From: Tubulanus polymorphus
Taxonomy: Eukaryota > Animalia > Nemertea
DNA length: 64,000 bases
Direction of reading: 5' to 3'
Assembly (NCBI RefSeq): GCF_964204645.1
Contig: NC_134032.1
Location: 7,366,275 to 7,430,274 of the forward strand
Positions within the stretch are counted from its first letter, which is position 1, and every line of letters starts with the position of its first letter. The notes beneath the pieces are model-generated. The model was not told the DNA's origin. It did no database searches and saw only the letters and a program-made list of their open reading frames with translations. Below, piece after piece: positions 58,577 through 64,000 of the stretch. The translations under genes and the position numbers were made by a program.

Positions 58577-61500
58577 TATATACCAGACCTGCGGAGGGTC
58601 GGCTGGAGTCAAGGCTGAGATATCCAGAACAAGTGAGCCGCTGTGTTCCTACGGTTCATCAGATGAATGAAAATAAATTCTAGAAAAATCCTATCTTCAG
58701 TTTCATAAATCATAACGGTGTATCAGTCATTTTAGCTTCAGCGTCCAGGATGTCTATTCAAAAACGTGGTTTTCTATCTCAAGGTCAAGTTGCGCGGTCT
58801 AAGGCTTCGTTTTATGAATAATTCTTTTTGGCCTATGTTTATGCATAGCTGAAATATTGAACAAATTAAGCCCAGTCCAATGACATTTTGGTCATATTGC
58901 CAATCTAACCACTTAAGTCTGAGCTTTATTTTGGTACTAAAGCCAATCTCTTAAAACCAGTCTAAACTCATTTTGGCTTCTATAACTAATATAACAACCT
59001 AGGACCAGTCTAAACTCCTTTTGAATAGTAACCATTCTAACGACTTTGACCAGACCAAGATCATTTATTTCCATGGCAATCTAGCAGATTTTAGGCGTAC
59101 CGTATATGATAAACTAAAAAAGATACCCCCGCATGTGTGCCGAGAACTAACCGTATGAAATTAGACTTGATGAAACCGAAGATATTTTTTACAAAAGTTT
59201 CAATAATCGACTTGATTCTGAACATGTTTAAAAAGCCACAGAACGGAACACTTAGTAAGCTTATGTTGAATCTTCCCTACTTTTCGATTTTTCTATTTCG
59301 AGCCCAAGTGGCGCAAGTGGTTCAAGCGTGAGAGAGATATGGGAAAATAATCATCGTTTTACAAACGAAGTTTTACACCGCAGCTTTTGTTACTGTAACC
59401 GAATTATTTTTATCTCGACGAAAGCGTACGGATAACGAGTCAAAAGAAACAAAATAAAAATTGAAAGGTTTTTTCGTGTTCATTGAGGAATCGTGTTGAG
59501 ATATAGGGTTTGTTTGACAAGTTACATGCGTTAAAAACTGAGAGTTCTTATCGCAATACACGCGAATACAGCTCATCATAAAATGGTTTTATCGTTAACC
59601 ATGCCACGAGCAATCATCTCAACACGATGGGATGATTGCTCGTAGATCCATGGGAGGTATAATGTACATTATACGGGGAGCTGGTGGCAGGAACCTGTAG
59701 CCTTGAGTGGCACCCATATTTAGGAGTTGACATTTCTGAGAATATGGTGGTTTTTTATAACCTTTTTTTCGCAGCTGGGGACAAAATGCGCAGCATTTAT
59801 ACTTTTACACGGGAATACCGTTGACATTTCATATAAATGCTGACAAAGCATACGGTCGTACGTAAATAGCCTTTTCCGGGATTTGGAGTGAACGTATACG
59901 CACACAGGATGCAGGACACGCGCACGCGGGATTCCGGTTTAGCATTTTTACTCCACTACGATTTTGAAGCTGGCTCATGAATCCAAGATTTTTGCATTAT
60001 GAGATGGCTGGGCAGTCTCAAACTCGTCGTTTTTTCAAAGCCTGTAATATTTCTAGCCCATCTAGAAACATAGATTGTAAAACAATCATAACATAAATTT
60101 CTTCCCACTCAAAAACAGGCCCGTGGCGAAGGGAGGGGCGTTCGGGGGTGTTTCGATGAAATTATAATGTTTTCTGGAAACGGGTGGGGGGTGTGAAAAG
60201 TATATAATCCGTTCTCAAATGATTTATGATTTATTCAGGTATATACGTATTTAAGATCTGTCCTTTTACAATAGGAAAGTGCCCCCCCTCTTCACGGAGA
60301 AAAACTGCCCTTTTTCTTGAAATGGGACTGCCTCTCAAAAAACTCGTCATGAGTCGGAACGGATATGATGTACTGTACGCTCATGAATTAAAATCATGTG
60401 CACGGCATTAATCTCAGGGGAATGAATCTATTAAGATGAATTGAAATTTAATTTGATTAGCGTTTTACTGTGCATTTCTGTCGCCCGAGACTACGGGCAG
60501 CACTGCACAACCCATACACGAGCGGATTATTATCAAAGAGCTGCTTTAGGCTCGTCTCATTTACTCTTCAAATCCCAGGGACGTGAAAAAGGGCATTAAC
60601 CAGCAAGAAAGGTATAACATATCCTGTATATTCTCCTTTCTTCTTAACCGACACAGGCTTGTAAACTTACAGTCTGCCACCCTAGTGATACTTGCACGTA
60701 TTACTAACTCTTACTCATTATTTGACACCAACTCGGCCTAGAGTTTTACCGGTCTCAACTTTACAGCAGTAGGAGAGATAGAGTCTACTGTATTTCACAA
60801 ACTCTTACATAGTATTTGACAGCGAATCTCGGGGTAAAAATTTAACTTCTCAACTTAAACGCAGTGAAAGAAGTGTATTTCGCAAAATCGTATTCAGAAT
60901 TTGACATTTTATACTGAGCGAGTGAGAGTGAGGATGGAGAGAGAGCTCCCTTTGAAAAATACCCAATAACATGATTAAACTGTGATTACGCGGTGTACAT
61001 GTATACGTAATTGACTGGTGCCCTATTCCGTATTACTGATGCTAGATTAGGAGTAAAAACTTATCGTGAGAAGAATTTTTCTCGAATCAGTCATCATCGA
61101 ATTAAACACATTCCAGTTTTATATGTAACAAAAAGTGCTGCGCCTATGATCGCTATCATCATACCGCAGCGGCTCGGGGAACAGTTACACATTAGTCAGA
61201 GATACGTAAAAATATTAGTTTCACCTTACTATCTTTGTAGATTCTATCTAACAACTAAAAAAAAAAACAGTCCATAAGCTCAGGAGTTTGGTTCTATCAG
61301 TCTAACCAATCTCACAACTTAAGACCTGTCTAACCTTATTTCGGTTGAATAACCAAGTTAACAACTTGACACCAGTCTAAACTCATTTCGGGTCTGTAAA
61401 CCCTATCTAAAACAAGAACTTTAAAGCTCAGCCAATCTAAAATCGCGATGGTTTATAGGCCGGTCTAAGACCATTGTGATTCCATACCAAATCAGAGAAC

Positions 61501-64000
61501 TTAAAAAGACCAGTCTTAATTAATTTTCTGCCGATCTCAAAGCTCGGCTCACCCGGTAGGCCTACTACACCAACAAAACTAAAGAATCAATTTCAACCCG
61601 CAAATGCGGTTCTAAAATATAGAAGAATGCTGGACATTTAGTTTTTGAATTTTTAAACAATGCACATGGTTTCTAGTGTTTTCACGTACTGCTGAAATGA
61701 AAAAAAAATCAAAAGGTGGGAGAAAGGGTATTGTGCGGTGCACCGCAGCAGGAATGGGTTTAATGTGCTGTTGCGTTTTGTGTGGCTACAGAAAGAGCGA
61801 ACGTTTCCGATGCGGCTAATAATTCACAAGATAATTTGCGTTTCGAAATGTGCTTCCTTTCTATCTAGTCAAAACGCAGGACAATCAACTCAGAGGACTT
61901 CTACATCAACATCTACCCGAGAAAAAACTAAAATAAACTATCGGATTATTTACACGTAGAGAACGACCAAAAAATTGAAAATGGACAAATGATCTTCAAC
62001 CTTGTAATATAGCTATTTCCAAATTTCGATGTATTAAATTAGGCAGCCAAGAAAATTCAACCCAATCAGTCGTTTGCTGGTTCAGGCTGAATGGAAGATT
62101 GTTTGAATGAACCGGAACCGAATTTCCCAATTATTTACTTCGATTTAAACAAAATACTTTTTGTAAACTCGACCGCCGATCACACAACTATATCTGTACT
62201 TCGATTTCCGATTTCAAAATCAAACCCCCTGTTTCGCTCCCGGCAGGTGTTGTGGGTCTGTGAGGGACACTCAATCAAAAAATCAAACGAAATTTACCAA
62301 CCAATTAAATAACAGGGACAATCCCTATTTTAGAATAAAAAAGAAATAATTCACAAGGCGATTCGAAAGAAATCTAGTCGAAGTGTGGGCGGTTATTACA
62401 GCACCATCCCTTAATCATTACTAGTTCTTTTCTAGATCATTAACCGGAGGTACGATCGGATGAAAGGGGGGGGGGTCGACTTAATTGATTTATTGAGCCT
62501 GAGTCTTGTGGTAAAGTAGCACAACTCGTACAGTTCATTCATTCCTGTTACATTTCATGGCATGTGTGACTGAACAATAACAGGTAAGGAATTGCGATCA
62601 TTTCTTCGGTTGACTTCTCTATGACGTAGCAATCGAGGATTCTATTTGAGGCAAGTGATGATCTTCCAAGTGTCGCTAGTGTGCAGTAGGACATCAAAAT
62701 ACGATAGCAATTGAGTTCCGCTTGCGGAAAGTGAGAAACAAAACAACTAATTCGACTTTATCTAGAAATGTGATTTTTGTTATGGTTCTTTGTTTATGTT
62801 GCCCGCTGAATTACTCATTAATTCGACTTGATCTGGAGAAGTGACTTATCTTAAATTTCTTGAGGCTAAATTTGGATGTAATTTCCTGAAACGCGATTCC
62901 AGACTCGTAAGCTGGGTTTATTAAATCAACAGTTATCAAGATTACCGACTGATCGTTTATAGTTCATTACAGAAACAAAGTTCAATCTGATAAAAGAAAA
63001 GTTATCTATTATATACACTGTGACATGACATGAATTGTGTTGTAACAAACTCGAACAAAATTATGGGTTCAGTACGTCCTGGTTGGTAAAATGTTCAACA
63101 AAAAAGGCTTTCTTTTACCCGAAATGACCACGAGACGGCCAAATTGTTTGCAAACAATTCTGATGCTAGGCCCTTACGGTAGTAAGGGCGCTACGAATAC
63201 ACGCAAAGCCAACAACAAGTCTTCCCTGAAAATCTGAAAAGTCATGAGGAGCTGATCTTGGCGAGCCGCCAGAACAAACCAAATATCAAAACAATCCATC
63301 GAAGGGTCTTCAAAATTCACCGTCACAAACATCATAATAGTGCAAAGAGAGCTGATTTTGCCTAACAACAGTGGCTGCCAGTCGGCCGTCTTGATTCCGA
63401 TCGGGCCACGTCGAAGCAGCCGCAATATCGATCCACTGACATTTGAGTACAGTTTTTGCTAACGTCTCACGGGACCAAGAGATAAAAACAAATACAGCGA
63501 CCACAAAATGACTTGAGAGAAATCAACAACGCATTTTATGAAACTACCAGTCGCTATTACTCAGCTTAATCCGATGAAAAAAAATCACAATAAATTAGAT
63601 ACCACCACGGCGTGGGTATGAGCAATGTTAGCCGTCCCCTGAGTGACTAATGGACCAGACACTCACAACTATTCAGCGATGCTTCACCGATTTTCCAATA
63701 TATTTCATTTAAAAGCGCGAAATGTTATTAGGCTCTGTACACCCGCGGAGAACTTACGACCTATCGCTCTTCTGTCTCCGGGTTGTTGTTGCTGCAGCGG
63801 CTGCTGCTGCGGCTGCTGCTGCTTGACTATAAATAACAAATAAACTCGCCGGTTCGTCGCCCAGAAGGAGAAAGGTCCCGCGCAATCGATAGAAAATAAT
63901 ACTAATTCGCATCAAATAAATCATTTTTGCCGTTCGTATCCCTGGTGATAAAATGACGGGGACCATGTCCGCGCAGTCCAGAACCCCACCACACCACATT

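Noticed and set aside
63174-64000. Short ORFs, (GCT)n tract and an ACCATG near the window end, possibly the 5' region of a neighbouring gene
   Set aside because: No recognisable domain and truncated by the window edge.

Overview
AT-rich, repeat-dense eukaryotic DNA with spliceosomal GT-AG introns; gene and repeat content suggests a marine invertebrate (inference, species not determined). Host genes: one intronless rhodopsin-class GPCR (8168-9223, +), two tandem minus-strand paralogs related to ionotropic glutamate receptors (22470-30607 and 40135-43569), and two tRNA-Thr(CGT) copies, one probably a pseudogene. Main finding: in both iGluR-like genes the S1 and S2 halves of the ligand-binding domain are joined directly inside one exon by a linker of a few residues. 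M1-M2-M3 (the pore) is absent, no ATD is visible, and each protein ends in a hydrophobic tail with almost no cytoplasmic residues. They look like natural pore-less, membrane-tethered (possibly GPI-anchored) 'S1S2' ligand-binding proteins with altered pockets. Mobile DNA includes a frameshifted L2/CR1-group LINE, a 1.3-kb mini-Polinton/Maverick with about 590-bp TIRs and a 6-bp TSD, a possible Polinton penton remnant, a Helentron-type element with a 154-bp tandem array, a probable solo LTR, tandem minimal hammerhead-ribozyme repeats and many MITEs. All calls were made by eye, with no database searches.
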